Positions 1 through 9,502 of a DNA stretch of 64,000 bases are shown here, one piece after another. The DNA is taken from the sequence record MF360958.1. One strand, written 5' to 3'. Each line of letters starts with the position of its first letter. Position 1 is the first letter of the stretch. The notes under the pieces were generated by a model that was given only the letters and a program-made list of their open reading frames with translations, was not told the origin of the DNA and did no database searches. Made by a program: the position numbers and the translations under genes.

Positions 1-465
1 TTAACTTACTTGCGGAAAATAATATTTATCATTCATTGTGTTTAAAAAAGAACAATTTTGTATTTCATTTCCATCCATAACATGATTATCATTAACAATA
101 TTTCCATTAATAATAATAACTAAATCATAATCTCCATCTTGCTTCTGTATTTCGCTAAGTGAAAGATCATAATTGAGTTTGTGATAATAACATAAACATT
201 CTATTGTGTAATAGATTCCAAATATTTTTTCTAACTTTGAAATTTTATATTTTTCTAATATATCCCAAACTGTGTTTGGTTTATCATTAAAAGTATATAT
301 TCTTTGCTTTCTTGTATTAACTGGATAATTATTCCACCATTCTATGATGTCATTTATTGTTTTTTGCGTCATATCATTTTGAATGTTGTTGGTGATAAGT
401 TCATTCCATAAAGCTAACCGCTTATCATATTCAAAAACATATGGTGAAATAATTGTTTCAGTCAT
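1..465 (-). CDS. hypothetical phage protein (154 aa)
   Basis: ORF with AAGGAG RBS upstream of ATG; TAA stop at 1-3. Confidence 0.75.
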   Translation of the reverse strand: MTETIISPYVFEYDKRLALWNELITNNIQNDMTQKTINDIIEWWNNYPVNTRKQRIYTFNDKPNTVWDILEKYKISKLEKIFGIYYTIECLCYYHKLNYDLSLSEIQKQDGDYDLVIIINGNIVNDNHVMDGNEIQNCSFLNTMNDKYYFPQVS

Positions 466-486
466 TTTTATCTCCTTTTTAAAGTA

Positions 487-528
487 AAAAAGCCAACGCG
501 ATTGAAACTTTCAATCAGGTTGGCTTTT
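487..528 (-). terminator. long imperfect stem-loop with T-tract, probable intrinsic terminator
   Basis: AAAAGCCAAC-gcg-ATTGAA-act-TTCAAT-cag-GTTGGCTTTT inverted repeat; T-run follows on the minus strand, downstream of ORF 594..1172. Confidence 0.6.
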
Positions 529-593
529 ATGATAATTAATAGTATGGATCTTAAAATATCTCACATGTATATTTATAAACATATACGTGAAAA

Positions 594-1172
594 TTAACTG
601 AAATGTTTATTAATTTCTTTATATAATTTTTGAACTAATTCTGTTGTATTTTTAGGATCACTATAATGATATAATTCTACGTTTTTATCTTTGAAAAAAG
701 AAAACGCACTTTCAAAAAATATATCATCTTCATTGAGACTTACTTCAATATTCGAATAAAAATTTGTAGAATATAGTTTATTTTCTAAAGAATATATATA
801 ATCAAGTTCTTTCTTCCTAATATGTGCCGAATCATTTTTATTTAATTCACAATAAAAATGACGTTGTGTTACATTTAATAAAAGTTCATAAGGATTAGTT
901 ACTGGATCTATTAAAAATGTGTTTAAATTATACTTTTCAGCAAAATAAAGACAGTAAAATGAACCTAAATTACAACCTATAAAATGAATTTTCTCATAAG
1001 GATTATCATACTGTTGTTTTATTATTGTTTTGATGTATCTCATACATTTAGTAGGAGAATTAGGAAGATTTGGTGTTATAAATTTATATTGTGGAAGATA
1101 GTATTGTAAAAGATCACTTTTCGAACATTGACCTGATGAATTAAATCCATGTAGAAAAATGATCTTATCCAT
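594..1172 (-). CDS. YqiA/YcfP-like alpha/beta hydrolase, probably catalytically altered
   Basis: N-terminal IIFLHGFNSS motif and FLIDPVTNP segment; nucleophile elbow reads GCNLG instead of GxSxG. Confidence 0.75.
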   Translation of the reverse strand: MDKIIFLHGFNSSGQCSKSDLLQYYLPQYKFITPNLPNSPTKCMRYIKTIIKQQYDNPYEKIHFIGCNLGSFYCLYFAEKYNLNTFLIDPVTNPYELLLNVTQRHFYCELNKNDSAHIRKKELDYIYSLENKLYSTNFYSNIEVSLNEDDIFFESAFSFFKDKNVELYHYSDPKNTTELVQKLYKEINKHFS

Positions 1173-1194
1173 ATTTGTATCTCCTAAAATATAT

Positions 1195-4008
1195 TTAAAG
1201 TTTCATTATAAACGCTAATGCATAATATGGTGGTAAATTTTTATCAGTACCATTCTCACCCGTAGAATTTGTATTTAAATTATGTGAATGAGCCCCGCCA
1301 TTATCCACATTTAAGGAATGGTTATGATTACCAGCTGAATTAGTAACCCTATTCTTATACCAAATAAAGTTGTTGTCTGTATCCTTATGTGGTGGTCCGG
1401 GGTAATTATCTCCGGGTCTAAATTCATTACCATCATCACCACCTTTATATGACTCAATAAAATAACCATCTCTATATCCATGTGTATGATCTCCTTTACT
1501 ATCAGTACTACCAGTATGTGAATGTGATCCACCTTCAGTAGTTGAGCCATCATGTGTATGTTCAACTACTACAGCATCCTTAGAACCTCCTGTATCATTT
1601 TCAGAATAGTTACCACCAGCACCTACTATAAAACGATCTGTTAAATCAGGAGTGCCATTTGAACCATCACAATTATGTACAATAATATCATTTGCTATAA
1701 ATGAACGATTATCTTTAACTTTTATATCATAACGTTTTTTAAACTTACTAAGATTCATTTGCGATTGATCTACATCATTAATTAATTTATTAGATTTTAC
1801 TTTTAATTTGTAAAACATTCCATTAGAATTATTAATATTGTAATTAATAATGGTATCATCTTCAACAAGATCTTTTGCTTCCACCCAACCTTTGTTATGT
1901 ACCCAGATGGGATGATTATTCGTGAGATTAATGCTTATTTCATCAATAACTGATTCCACAATCAGTTCTCTCCATACAGAATTGTCTTCAACATCATTAC
2001 AGAACCAATCTATTATTGGTTTTGATTCTATTAAACCATTATATTCATTATAACTAAGAACATTAACCTTTTCTTTATTTTCAACAATTTCTTTTATTTC
2101 TTTCTTAGAACCATCCTCTAACGTAACAAATGTATCACCCGTGACACATAATGCCCAGCCTGCCGGAATATTATTAATAAGCCCAGACCACATTATGATT
2201 CCACCTGTAGGAGTGCCCGTAGCTTCCGCAATAAGTTTATCTACTTCATCTTGTGTATAATATCGACTATCATGATCAGCGGAATTAATATGATCATGCA
2301 TTCCTTTTGCACTTAACACATCACCATCAGTAGTTGATGTGCGTGTATCAGTTATTGTCATAATTCCTTTATGAAATACATCATTACCATTAATTGTCAC
2401 ATTATTAAATTCAACATTATCATCTTCAGAAATTTTTAGTGCGTTTCTACCATCATTAGGTGTTTCTGATTCTATTAAGTCAAAACCAGTTTGTCCAACA
2501 TCTAAACCAATATTTAGACGGGCTTGTTCTTTTGTTTCTGACTTTATTAATTTTAATCCTACAGTGCCTGTTATATCAGTGTTGATATATTCTGACCAAT
2601 CAGACCATGAAAATCCATTATATGATCTTATGCTACTTTTTTTAGAATCACCTCTGTATGCTATTTGATGAACCCAATTATTAACACCGGGTCTATATAC
2701 AATTAAACTACAAGAATTAGTATAAGGATTTCCAGAAGATTGAGATGGTAATCTATAAATTCCTGTTGTAAAAGCAATATCTGCATCTGTTATTTCTTCA
2801 CCGGGATCACTATTTACGCTCAGTCCATATTTTTGTATAATAGTATATACACTCTCAGGAGTTGTAGCTACTGAGTCATCACCATTAATTGATTGCTGTT
2901 CATTAGAAAATTTAACAGTTCCTTTTGAATCAACTTTAGCTGTAGTAATATTACTTCCATCTATGTTAAGATTATTCCATTCACCATTATATTTCTTTTC
3001 AAATATATTACTATTATGGTTAAATCTAATTGAATTTTCTGGAAGTTTACTAATATTAGTAGTTTCAAACATTGTAGCATACTCGCTACCTTCCAAGTCA
3101 TCCAATTTATCAGCATTAAGTTTAGAATTAATACCGTCAACTTTTATAATTTCATTCAAAAGATAATTAGGTGTTAGTAAATTCTTAAAATTATCTAAAT
3201 TAGTTTTTAATGTATTTACAGCTTTACTAGTTGCGATATGATTACTGCTAGTGTTTTGTATAGAGTCACTAAGAGGGTTTTCTGAATTATTATAAATAGT
3301 AACCCAATCTTTAAATTCATTTGTATCATGATAACGATAACGTATTTTATTACTATCGGTAGAAAGGAATAACTGTGATTGACTATCATAATCATCAGAT
3401 TTTAGGTTTAATAAATACCCGTCATCATTATTTGGGCGGTTTTTTGTTATATTCCCAACTTTATATTGATCACCCACCAAGTTATTGAGATCATCAACAT
3501 TATCCTGTGGTTGTGTTATAAAATCGCTAACATCTAAATCATATTCATATATAAATTCGCCATTATCACTGACTCTAAGTATAAGAAAACGATTCTCATA
3601 ATCGGAATAATTAGAACTAGGATGTATATCTGATACTTTTATTTGATCACTTTCTAACTCATTTAATGAATTTATTCGAAGCCATCCTTCACCAGTAATT
3701 GAATCAGACCAATCGATATGTGTAGGAGCGACAAGTTTTGGCACATAAGAATTAATATCTTCACGATACATCATTACTGTATTTTGTTCTGTACCATCAC
3801 TTTTTACAGGAATGCCATCAAAATACTTAGCATTTGAATGTATAGTAAATGTGTCTTCATTTAAATGTTGTTCGATTCGCCTGAATAAATCTTCATAAGT
3901 AAATTTATATTCTGTGCCATCTTTAGAAACTAAAAGTAATGTATTATTATCAATAGTATAAACTTGATCTAATTGATGTAATTCAGTTGTTTCGTAATTT
4001 TGAGCCAT
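1195..4008 (-). CDS. tail fibre/needle protein with tail-collar-like domain, interrupted by an intein
   Basis: PTGGIIMWSG..IPAGWAL|CDGSNGTPDLTDRFIVGAG collar motif once the intein is removed; several HxH motifs and C-terminal NLPPYYALAFIMKL typical of fibre tips; gp53-like/fibre segments upstream. Confidence 0.85.
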   Translation of the reverse strand: MAQNYETTELHQLDQVYTIDNNTLLLVSKDGTEYKFTYEDLFRRIEQHLNEDTFTIHSNAKYFDGIPVKSDGTEQNTVMMYREDINSYVPKLVAPTHIDWSDSITGEGWLRINSLNELESDQIKVSDIHPSSNYSDYENRFLILRVSDNGEFIYEYDLDVSDFITQPQDNVDDLNNLVGDQYKVGNITKNRPNNDDGYLLNLKSDDYDSQSQLFLSTDSNKIRYRYHDTNEFKDWVTIYNNSENPLSDSIQNTSSNHIATSKAVNTLKTNLDNFKNLLTPNYLLNEIIKVDGINSKLNADKLDDLEGSEYATMFETTNISKLPENSIRFNHNSNIFEKKYNGEWNNLNIDGSNITTAKVDSKGTVKFSNEQQSINGDDSVATTPESVYTIIQKYGLSVNSDPGEEITDADIAFTTGIYRLPSQSSGNPYTNSCSLIVYRPGVNNWVHQIAYRGDSKKSSIRSYNGFSWSDWSEYINTDITGTVGLKLIKSETKEQARLNIGLDVGQTGFDLIESETPNDGRNALKISEDDNVEFNNVTINGNDVFHKGIMTITDTRTSTTDGDVLSAKGMHDHINSADHDSRYYTQDEVDKLIAEATGTPTGGIIMWSGLINNIPAGWALCVTGDTFVTLEDGSKKEIKEIVENKEKVNVLSYNEYNGLIESKPIIDWFCNDVEDNSVWRELIVESVIDEISINLTNNHPIWVHNKGWVEAKDLVEDDTIINYNINNSNGMFYKLKVKSNKLINDVDQSQMNLSKFKKRYDIKVKDNRSFIANDIIVHNCDGSNGTPDLTDRFIVGAGGNYSENDTGGSKDAVVVEHTHDGSTTEGGSHSHTGSTDSKGDHTHGYRDGYFIESYKGGDDGNEFRPGDNYPGPPHKDTDNNFIWYKNRVTNSAGNHNHSLNVDNGGAHSHNLNTNSTGENGTDKNLPPYYALAFIMKL
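1672..2148 (-). mobile_element. mini-intein (159 aa, Hint domain, no endonuclease) in the tail fibre gene
   Basis: starts CVTGDT (Cys1); block B TNNHPIW; block F RYDIKV; ends IIVHN followed by Cys+1; removal restores GWALCDGSNGTPDL. Confidence 0.9.
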
Positions 4009-4023
4009 TATATCGTTTTCCTT

Positions 4024-4935
4024 TTATGCTTCTAAATTGTTACCATTTGCATCAATTGTTTTGCCGTTTGCTGTAAGCATAGTTATTCCTTCTGGTTGTG
4101 GCATTTCATTGAACGGTTCATCAACAATGCCTTCTATATCCCAACGATCTATACGATAGAATATTTTTGTAGTATGATCTACAGGTTGTGTAAATTTTAT
4201 AAGAATTTTAGAACTTGAAATTTCTGCATAAAATTCGATAAAATCATCATTTATAGCAGGATTATATAGAATGTGATCATCAACAAAACCTATTTGATTG
4301 TTGTCGTTGGTATTATTATCACTCATAACCCTTATTGTTCCAGAACGTCTATGCCAACCATTGTTTTGAATTAATATATATTCAACATTAATATAAAATA
4401 CTTGGTTAACATCATACTCAAGAAAAATATTTTCTGAAGATGAATCTAATTCTTTAACCAAAAGTTTTTTAGAAGGTCTAGAAAAATCAAGCTCAGGATT
4501 ATAATGTATATTATGATCGGCAGGGTGAATATAATCATTAACGTTGTTTTGAGTGATTACTTCTACGTTACGTTGTAAGCTTGCAATAGGTCTAGAATCT
4601 GATCCATAATTTGAAGCATTCTTAGTATTAATATAATCAATAATTTCTTTTGCTTTTTCTTCAGATTCTGTTTCTATTGTAAGATTTTCATTAACTTCAT
4701 ATGTAGTATAATCAGATGAACTATTTAAATAACTTTGAACAACCTGTTTAGCGTTCATAAATGGATAGATATTGATTATATTGAAGTCAATATCTATAGC
4801 CTTTTCAGGATCAGTACCAATAAATAGTTGCGTTGTATCATACGCAAATCCAAATTCACCAGAATCTAAAGAGGGTAGATCTTCACGTAAACCTTGACGT
4901 TGTAATAATTTTTCATATCGAATTTCTTCTGTCAT
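4024..4935 (-). CDS. virion structural protein with Mtd-N/hyaluronidase-like N-terminal motif
   Basis: QRQGLREDLPSLDSGEFGFAYDTTQLFIG matches the RxG...LP.L..GE.G...DT..LFIG fibre-anchor motif; late box 24 bp upstream. Confidence 0.65.
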   Translation of the reverse strand: MTEEIRYEKLLQRQGLREDLPSLDSGEFGFAYDTTQLFIGTDPEKAIDIDFNIINIYPFMNAKQVVQSYLNSSSDYTTYEVNENLTIETESEEKAKEIIDYINTKNASNYGSDSRPIASLQRNVEVITQNNVNDYIHPADHNIHYNPELDFSRPSKKLLVKELDSSSENIFLEYDVNQVFYINVEYILIQNNGWHRRSGTIRVMSDNNTNDNNQIGFVDDHILYNPAINDDFIEFYAEISSSKILIKFTQPVDHTTKIFYRIDRWDIEGIVDEPFNEMPQPEGITMLTANGKTIDANGNNLEA

Positions 4936-4958
4936 TGCATAAACCCTTTATTTTAAAG

Positions 4959-4966
4959 TATTTATG
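4959..4966 (-). promoter_or_regulatory. T4-like late promoter box (CATAAATA)
   Basis: 24 bp upstream of the ATG at 4935; same motif and spacing recur before many genes. Confidence 0.5.
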
Positions 4967-4978
4967 CAATTTTATATA

Positions 4979-5680
4979 CTATTCAAAAAAATCTTTTAGA
5001 ATGTTTAACCAGCGGTTTTTCCAATAATTAAATTCGTCACCAGTAACAATTCGTTCCGATACTGTAAAATCTGTTGAGTTTCCAAAAAGAATTACGAATT
5101 GATCTATATCGGTATTATAAAGATAATTATGAGCTACCGCATAAGCGGCGCTTTGAAGAAAATAATTTTCCATATGTTCTTCTTTTTTATCTTTATAACT
5201 GTTTTTAAAATCAATTATAGAGGGTTTGCCATTATATACACCAATTAAATCAGCACGACCGGCATAGAGTTGAGGAATGAATAACGGGGTTTCACTACCC
5301 CAAAGTTCTGTTAATTTTTTTTCAAGATAATTGCTTTGAATATTATTTGCTAACTTGTTAGCAACTTCAAATAAAAAGTTTTTCTTAAATTTATTTTCAT
5401 AATTAGGTGTTTCAGTAAGTCGATAGTGAAGAATATCATGCATTCGATCACCAATATTTGTACTTTTAGAAATTATTTGATTTGCTTTATCATGTCCAAT
5501 AAGATTCTTCCATTCTTCAACGGCATCTTTTACATTAGACATTCGAGAAATGATAGTTGTTACAGAATAAAGAGGATCATATTCAAAGTTATTATGTCTT
5601 ATAAAATAAACCCTGCCGTTTTCAGTAGTAGATTCATCTTTAACAACAGGATAGGTAAAAGGAGATTTTATAGAAATCAT
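4979..5680 (-). CDS. PD-(D/E)XK family exonuclease
   Basis: SVTTII, GDRMH, YAGRADLIG and IIDFKNS motifs; QSAAYAVAH. Confidence 0.85.
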   Translation of the reverse strand: MISIKSPFTYPVVKDESTTENGRVYFIRHNNFEYDPLYSVTTIISRMSNVKDAVEEWKNLIGHDKANQIISKSTNIGDRMHDILHYRLTETPNYENKFKKNFLFEVANKLANNIQSNYLEKKLTELWGSETPLFIPQLYAGRADLIGVYNGKPSIIDFKNSYKDKKEEHMENYFLQSAAYAVAHNYLYNTDIDQFVILFGNSTDFTVSERIVTGDEFNYWKNRWLNILKDFFE

Positions 5681-6045
5681 TGTAGGTTATCATCCACAGC
5701 ATCTTTAGCAATATTTGCAACACGGTCATAACCACCTTCTTCAGTACCTTCAGAATCCATAGGTTCTCCAATGGTTTCTGTATCATTATTGATTTCATTT
5801 TCATCGATTACATTAACATATTCATTTTCATCTATTTCGAATCCATCCATATTTTCAATTTCATTTATAAGATCATCTTTAGATACTGAAAAACCCATAG
5901 TGGATAATTCATTAATTATATTATTAATATGTGTAGTTTCAATATTTTTAGTTTTAAACATAACAAGAACATCGGTTAAGCTTTTATGAAGATTATCATC
6001 AAATTTTTCTGATTGTGTTTTTTCAAAAAGATCATTTATTCTCAT
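5677..6045 (-). CDS. acidic hypothetical protein with LFE leader (putative head protein)
   Basis: starts MRINDLFEK; lies in the structural operon. Confidence 0.7.
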   Translation of the reverse strand: MRINDLFEKTQSEKFDDNLHKSLTDVLVMFKTKNIETTHINNIINELSTMGFSVSKDDLINEIENMDGFEIDENEYVNVIDENEINNDTETIGEPMDSEGTEEGGYDRVANIAKDAVDDNLQ

Positions 6046-6048
6046 AGT

Positions 6049-7032
6049 TTACTCTTGTCTGCGTTCAAAATCTTCTGAATCAAGATCTAAATCAAATTCA
6101 TCTTCATCATTGTCATTTTCTTTTTCATCATTGTCAATACTAGTATCATCATCTTCAGATTGATCTTCATCTTCAGATTGATCTTCATCTTCAGATTGAT
6201 CTTCATTTGCTTCGTCATCTTCAAGAGATCCAATATCAGGTTCATCAACCATATTTTCTTCAGAATTTTCATCACCACTTAACATATTAACAACATCATA
6301 AAAATCATCTTTGGATTGATCAATAGTTTCGAGAATATTATTTAATGCACTATTAAGTTTTTCACGAATTTGATTACCTGTTTCACTAGAATATTCAGAA
6401 TTAACCTTTTGAACAAAGCTATCTAATGTTTCATTAAGCATTTCACCAATTTTAGCTTGATAATTAAGAATATCATCAAGAAGACCCTGTGCTGCCATAA
6501 TTGTTTCAGCACGTTCAGTATCTTCATTCATTTTCATTCTTAGTTGCTGCCCTACATCATTTTTAAAAACTTCTTTTTTAAGACGACTCAACTTTTCATT
6601 AAGCTCTTTAGATTTTTCATCAAAGCCGTTAGTATGTACATAGTTTTCATATAAACTTTCAAGATGAGCAATTTTTTCTTTAGGGGATACTGTTTTTGAC
6701 ATTTTTGATTTACCTTTTTGTTCTTTATTCTCTTTTATAGATTGTCCTGACGATTTAATAATATCAATATCTGAATCATATTTTTCATTTTTCATAACAA
6801 TATCACATGCTTCAATAATTAGAAGTGCTTTATTATAGTTTTTATCTTTATGATAAGTATTATATGCACTATTTTCAACAACTTTATTTTTTAAGTTTTT
6901 AGCTTTTTCTTTAAGATTTTTAGCTCTTTCAAATGAAGAATCCATACTTAAAGTATTATTATAATTAAATGATTCTTTGAGCATTTTATTAATGCGATCC
7001 AAACGTTTTTGATTAATTCTTTTGTCAGCCAT
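6049..7032 (-). CDS. putative prohead core/scaffold-like protein
   Basis: helical composition, several (L/I/M)xE sites, very acidic C-terminal tail; function is inference. Confidence 0.55.
   Translation of the reverse strand: MADKRINQKRLDRINKMLKESFNYNNTLSMDSSFERAKNLKEKAKNLKNKVVENSAYNTYHKDKNYNKALLIIEACDIVMKNEKYDSDIDIIKSSGQSIKENKEQKGKSKMSKTVSPKEKIAHLESLYENYVHTNGFDEKSKELNEKLSRLKKEVFKNDVGQQLRMKMNEDTERAETIMAAQGLLDDILNYQAKIGEMLNETLDSFVQKVNSEYSSETGNQIREKLNSALNNILETIDQSKDDFYDVVNMLSGDENSEENMVDEPDIGSLEDDEANEDQSEDEDQSEDEDQSEDDDTSIDNDEKENDNDEDEFDLDLDSEDFERRQE
6151..6204. repeat. 3 x 18-bp perfect tandem repeat encoding (EDQSED)3
   Basis: ATCTTCAGATTGATCTTC at 6151, 6169 and 6187. Confidence 0.9.
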
Positions 7033-7091
7033 TTCAATAATCCTTAGTTGCTTTTTTTTAATTAATTAACTTTTTGTTTTGATTGTATTTA

Positions 7092-7730
7092 TCATTTTTT
7101 AAAGTTTCTATACGATTCAATAATTGGACGTTTAAAAGAAAGGGCTCTTGTTTTATTCTCATCAAATTTAGCTTTTTCAATATCTTGCTTATCAAAGTCG
7201 CCTGTTTTCTTATATTTGTTATAATTTCGTTTATTCATTCTAGCGTCTGTTACAAATTTTTCATATTTTTCATTAAGTTTAAGAATATTTAGAACTTTTG
7301 AGCTATTAAATGAATGTCCCTGATATAAATAACTGGCAATATTATAAACTGTTTCATATAGTAAACTTTGTGTTATAAGTTTTCGACCATCTTCATCAAA
7401 TAAATCATATGTTTTGTCTTCATTTTTAATAATTTTGAAATCTCCTATACTTAAAGATTCTTCATTATAATTATACTTAGTGTCTTTAATTTGCTGTGCC
7501 ACACTATCATTATCTTCTTCTGATATATTACTCAATGCTTTTTCAAAATTATCGAGAATTTGACCCATATCTTTATGATAATTCATAGACTTTTCAGGAT
7601 CATATGAATATGATTGATCATTTTCACCAATTGATGGATTATTGTTTATTTGTTCTTGGGATTCAGCTTGTTGCATTATTGAAAGAGCATTTTCAATATC
7701 ACTAATAGCATTAGGGTCAAAATCATTCAT
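7092..7730 (-). CDS. hypothetical protein (212 aa)
   Basis: ORF in a tightly packed minus-strand operon; RBS within the upstream gene end. Confidence 0.8.
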   Translation of the reverse strand: MNDFDPNAISDIENALSIMQQAESQEQINNNPSIGENDQSYSYDPEKSMNYHKDMGQILDNFEKALSNISEEDNDSVAQQIKDTKYNYNEESLSIGDFKIIKNEDKTYDLFDEDGRKLITQSLLYETVYNIASYLYQGHSFNSSKVLNILKLNEKYEKFVTDARMNKRNYNKYKKTGDFDKQDIEKAKFDENKTRALSFKRPIIESYRNFKK

Positions 7731-7936
7731 AGATAAACCTCTCTTAAATAATAATAATCTTCTTCTTTATCAAGAACATGATACTCTACTAAAGAATCAC
7801 ATAAAATAATTTGTTTTTCTGTTAGTTTTTTCGAATCAATAATTGTCATATTTTTATCAATAATTCGTTTAAGAAGCCTATATTCCATTGATGGAAGTGT
7901 TGTTTTTAATCCACCGGTTATTTCAACAACTTTCAT
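7727..7936 (-). CDS. hypothetical protein (69 aa)
   Basis: GAGG RBS; 4-bp overlap with the downstream ORF. Confidence 0.7.
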   Translation of the reverse strand: MKVVEITGGLKTTLPSMEYRLLKRIIDKNMTIIDSKKLTEKQIILCDSLVEYHVLDKEEDYYYLREVYL

Positions 7937-7954
7937 ATTAAACCCTCAGTTCAT

Positions 7955-8125
7955 TCAAATGAGATATCCGTTATAAATTTCAAATACTTTTTTTTCATCA
8001 TTATTTCTTATAGCATCTGTAATTTCAACTAAATCTGTAAGGCTCATATCTGGAATAACATCTTTAACTTCTTCATTATTAACATTGAGTATATTTGATA
8101 TAAGTTCTGATAGTGATTTTGACAT
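7955..8125 (-). CDS. small hypothetical protein (probable start MSKSLSELI)
   Basis: ATG at 8125 lies just after the stop of 8130..8456; the track start at 8182 overlaps the upstream gene. Confidence 0.6.
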   Translation of the reverse strand: MSKSLSELISNILNVNNEEVKDVIPDMSLTDLVEITDAIRNNDEKKVFEIYNGYLI

Positions 8126-8129
8126 AGTA

Positions 8130-8456
8130 TTATTTTTTCTCTTTATCTTTAAAATCTTTTTCAACGGAATTCGGTGTTTCATCTTTAACAGAATTTTTGC
8201 GTTGTTTTGATAATGTTTTATTTAAACGTTGAACTTGTTTACTAATCGGATTCATTCGTTTTGTTTTTTTGGTTTTACGAGCAATTTGTTTTTGTTTTTG
8301 CTTACGTAAACGGCGCATTCGCATTTTCTTCTTAATATCTGGTGGACCAAAACAGTTTTGTGGTTGTGATACAATACGCCCTTTACGACGCCCTTGTGTA
8401 CAACGATACTTTTTAACCAATTTACTTCCACTTCTTCCGTATATTAATTTAGCCAT
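8130..8456 (-). CDS. highly basic protein, putative nucleic-acid-binding virion protein
   Basis: K/R-rich; KYRCTQGRRKGRIVS..QNC motif; GGGG RBS upstream. Confidence 0.7.
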   Translation of the reverse strand: MAKLIYGRSGSKLVKKYRCTQGRRKGRIVSQPQNCFGPPDIKKKMRMRRLRKQKQKQIARKTKKTKRMNPISKQVQRLNKTLSKQRKNSVKDETPNSVEKDFKDKEKK

Positions 8457-8502
8457 AATATTTTAAACCCCTAGTTAATATTGAGATAATAATCAGCAGA
8501 AA

Positions 8503-8931
8503 TTAAATCTGCTGATTAATCTTAAATTCAATATTTAAACTTCCACCTTCTGTATAAAAAGTTTGTCCATCTACTGTAATATCATTGAAAATATATTTTA
8601 GATGATATACAGGATCATCTATATTATAATCATCATCAACACTTGCGAAAACATCAGAATGTTCTACAACAAATTTAAAAACATATCCAGTACCTGTTAA
8701 ACTTGGTGCACCTTCATTTTCTAACTGAGAAACATTATATGGTTCACCTATTACTACAGGCTGCGCTCTGGTACTAATAAGAGTAATAATATTATCAAAA
8801 ACTTTCTGTGATGTATCTTGGTAATTACCAGTTGTTGTAATATCTACAGTTGTATACAATGTAAAGAATTGTAGATTTCCTACGATTTCTTCGGTATGTG
8901 ATGCAACTGAGCGATCAATATTTTGTGTCAT
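8503..8931 (-). CDS. hypothetical virion protein, paralogue of 9036..9419
   Basis: AAGGAG RBS; GNLQFFTLYT..RAQPVVIGE aligns with GALEYILIRT..RANVVIVGE. Confidence 0.7.
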   Translation of the reverse strand: MTQNIDRSVASHTEEIVGNLQFFTLYTTVDITTTGNYQDTSQKVFDNIITLISTRAQPVVIGEPYNVSQLENEGAPSLTGTGYVFKFVVEHSDVFASVDDDYNIDDPVYHLKYIFNDITVDGQTFYTEGGSLNIEFKINQQI

Positions 8932-8954
8932 TGTATAAATCTCCTTGTAAAATG

Positions 8955-8980
8955 GCCGGAATAATAATTATTAATCCGGC
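8955..8980. terminator. intergenic stem-loop (GCCGGA...TCCGGC)
   Basis: GC-rich inverted repeat in an AT-rich spacer between 9036 and 8931; only a short T-run on the minus strand. Confidence 0.4.
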
Positions 8981-9035
8981 CCATAATGTTACTAATTATA
9001 ATTAGTATTATTTTAAATATGTACTATTATACAAA

Positions 9036-9419
9036 TTATGCATAACTACGGCTTGGATCGTATAGACGGAAATCAACTAGAGAGACTGTTACTCCGCTTA
9101 GATCAACTGTACCGCTGCCAAAATCTACACTACCCATAGCTTGAATTTTACTTTCAATTTCAGTAGGATCAACTGCGGATTCAGCTTCTACAGCCATAGA
9201 AATATCTTCTGCGTTAATTTCACCAACAATTACTACGTTAGCACGCATACGAATAATTTCAATAATTTGTTCATGCACACGATTTTGTTTAAAGAAATTT
9301 TCGGTATCTTCACTTGCCGTAATTTCTAGAGATTGTGGTGTGCGAATTAAGATGTATTCCAAAGCACCGGTTAGCATCTGCTGTGGAAATACTTCTGTTC
9401 TGCGTTCAGGATATGCCAT
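9036..9419 (-). CDS. hypothetical virion protein, paralogue of 8503..8931
   Basis: AAGGAG RBS; host-like codon usage suggests high expression. Confidence 0.75.
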   Translation of the reverse strand: MAYPERRTEVFPQQMLTGALEYILIRTPQSLEITASEDTENFFKQNRVHEQIIEIIRMRANVVIVGEINAEDISMAVEAESAVDPTEIESKIQAMGSVDFGSGTVDLSGVTVSLVDFRLYDPSRSYA

Positions 9420-9502
9420 TTTAATATTCTCCTTACGTTAATAGCTTAATCAATTGTTTACATTTATATTTATACAAATAACCAAAAAAAAAGATAAAAA
9501 AG

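Noticed and set aside
1311-1565. 84-aa alternative-frame ORF inside the fibre gene, and other short shadow ORFs (e.g. 2963, 4833, 5426, 8269, 13967, 17298)
   Set aside because: Fully nested in or antisense to strong genes, with no RBS and compositions reflecting the main frame.
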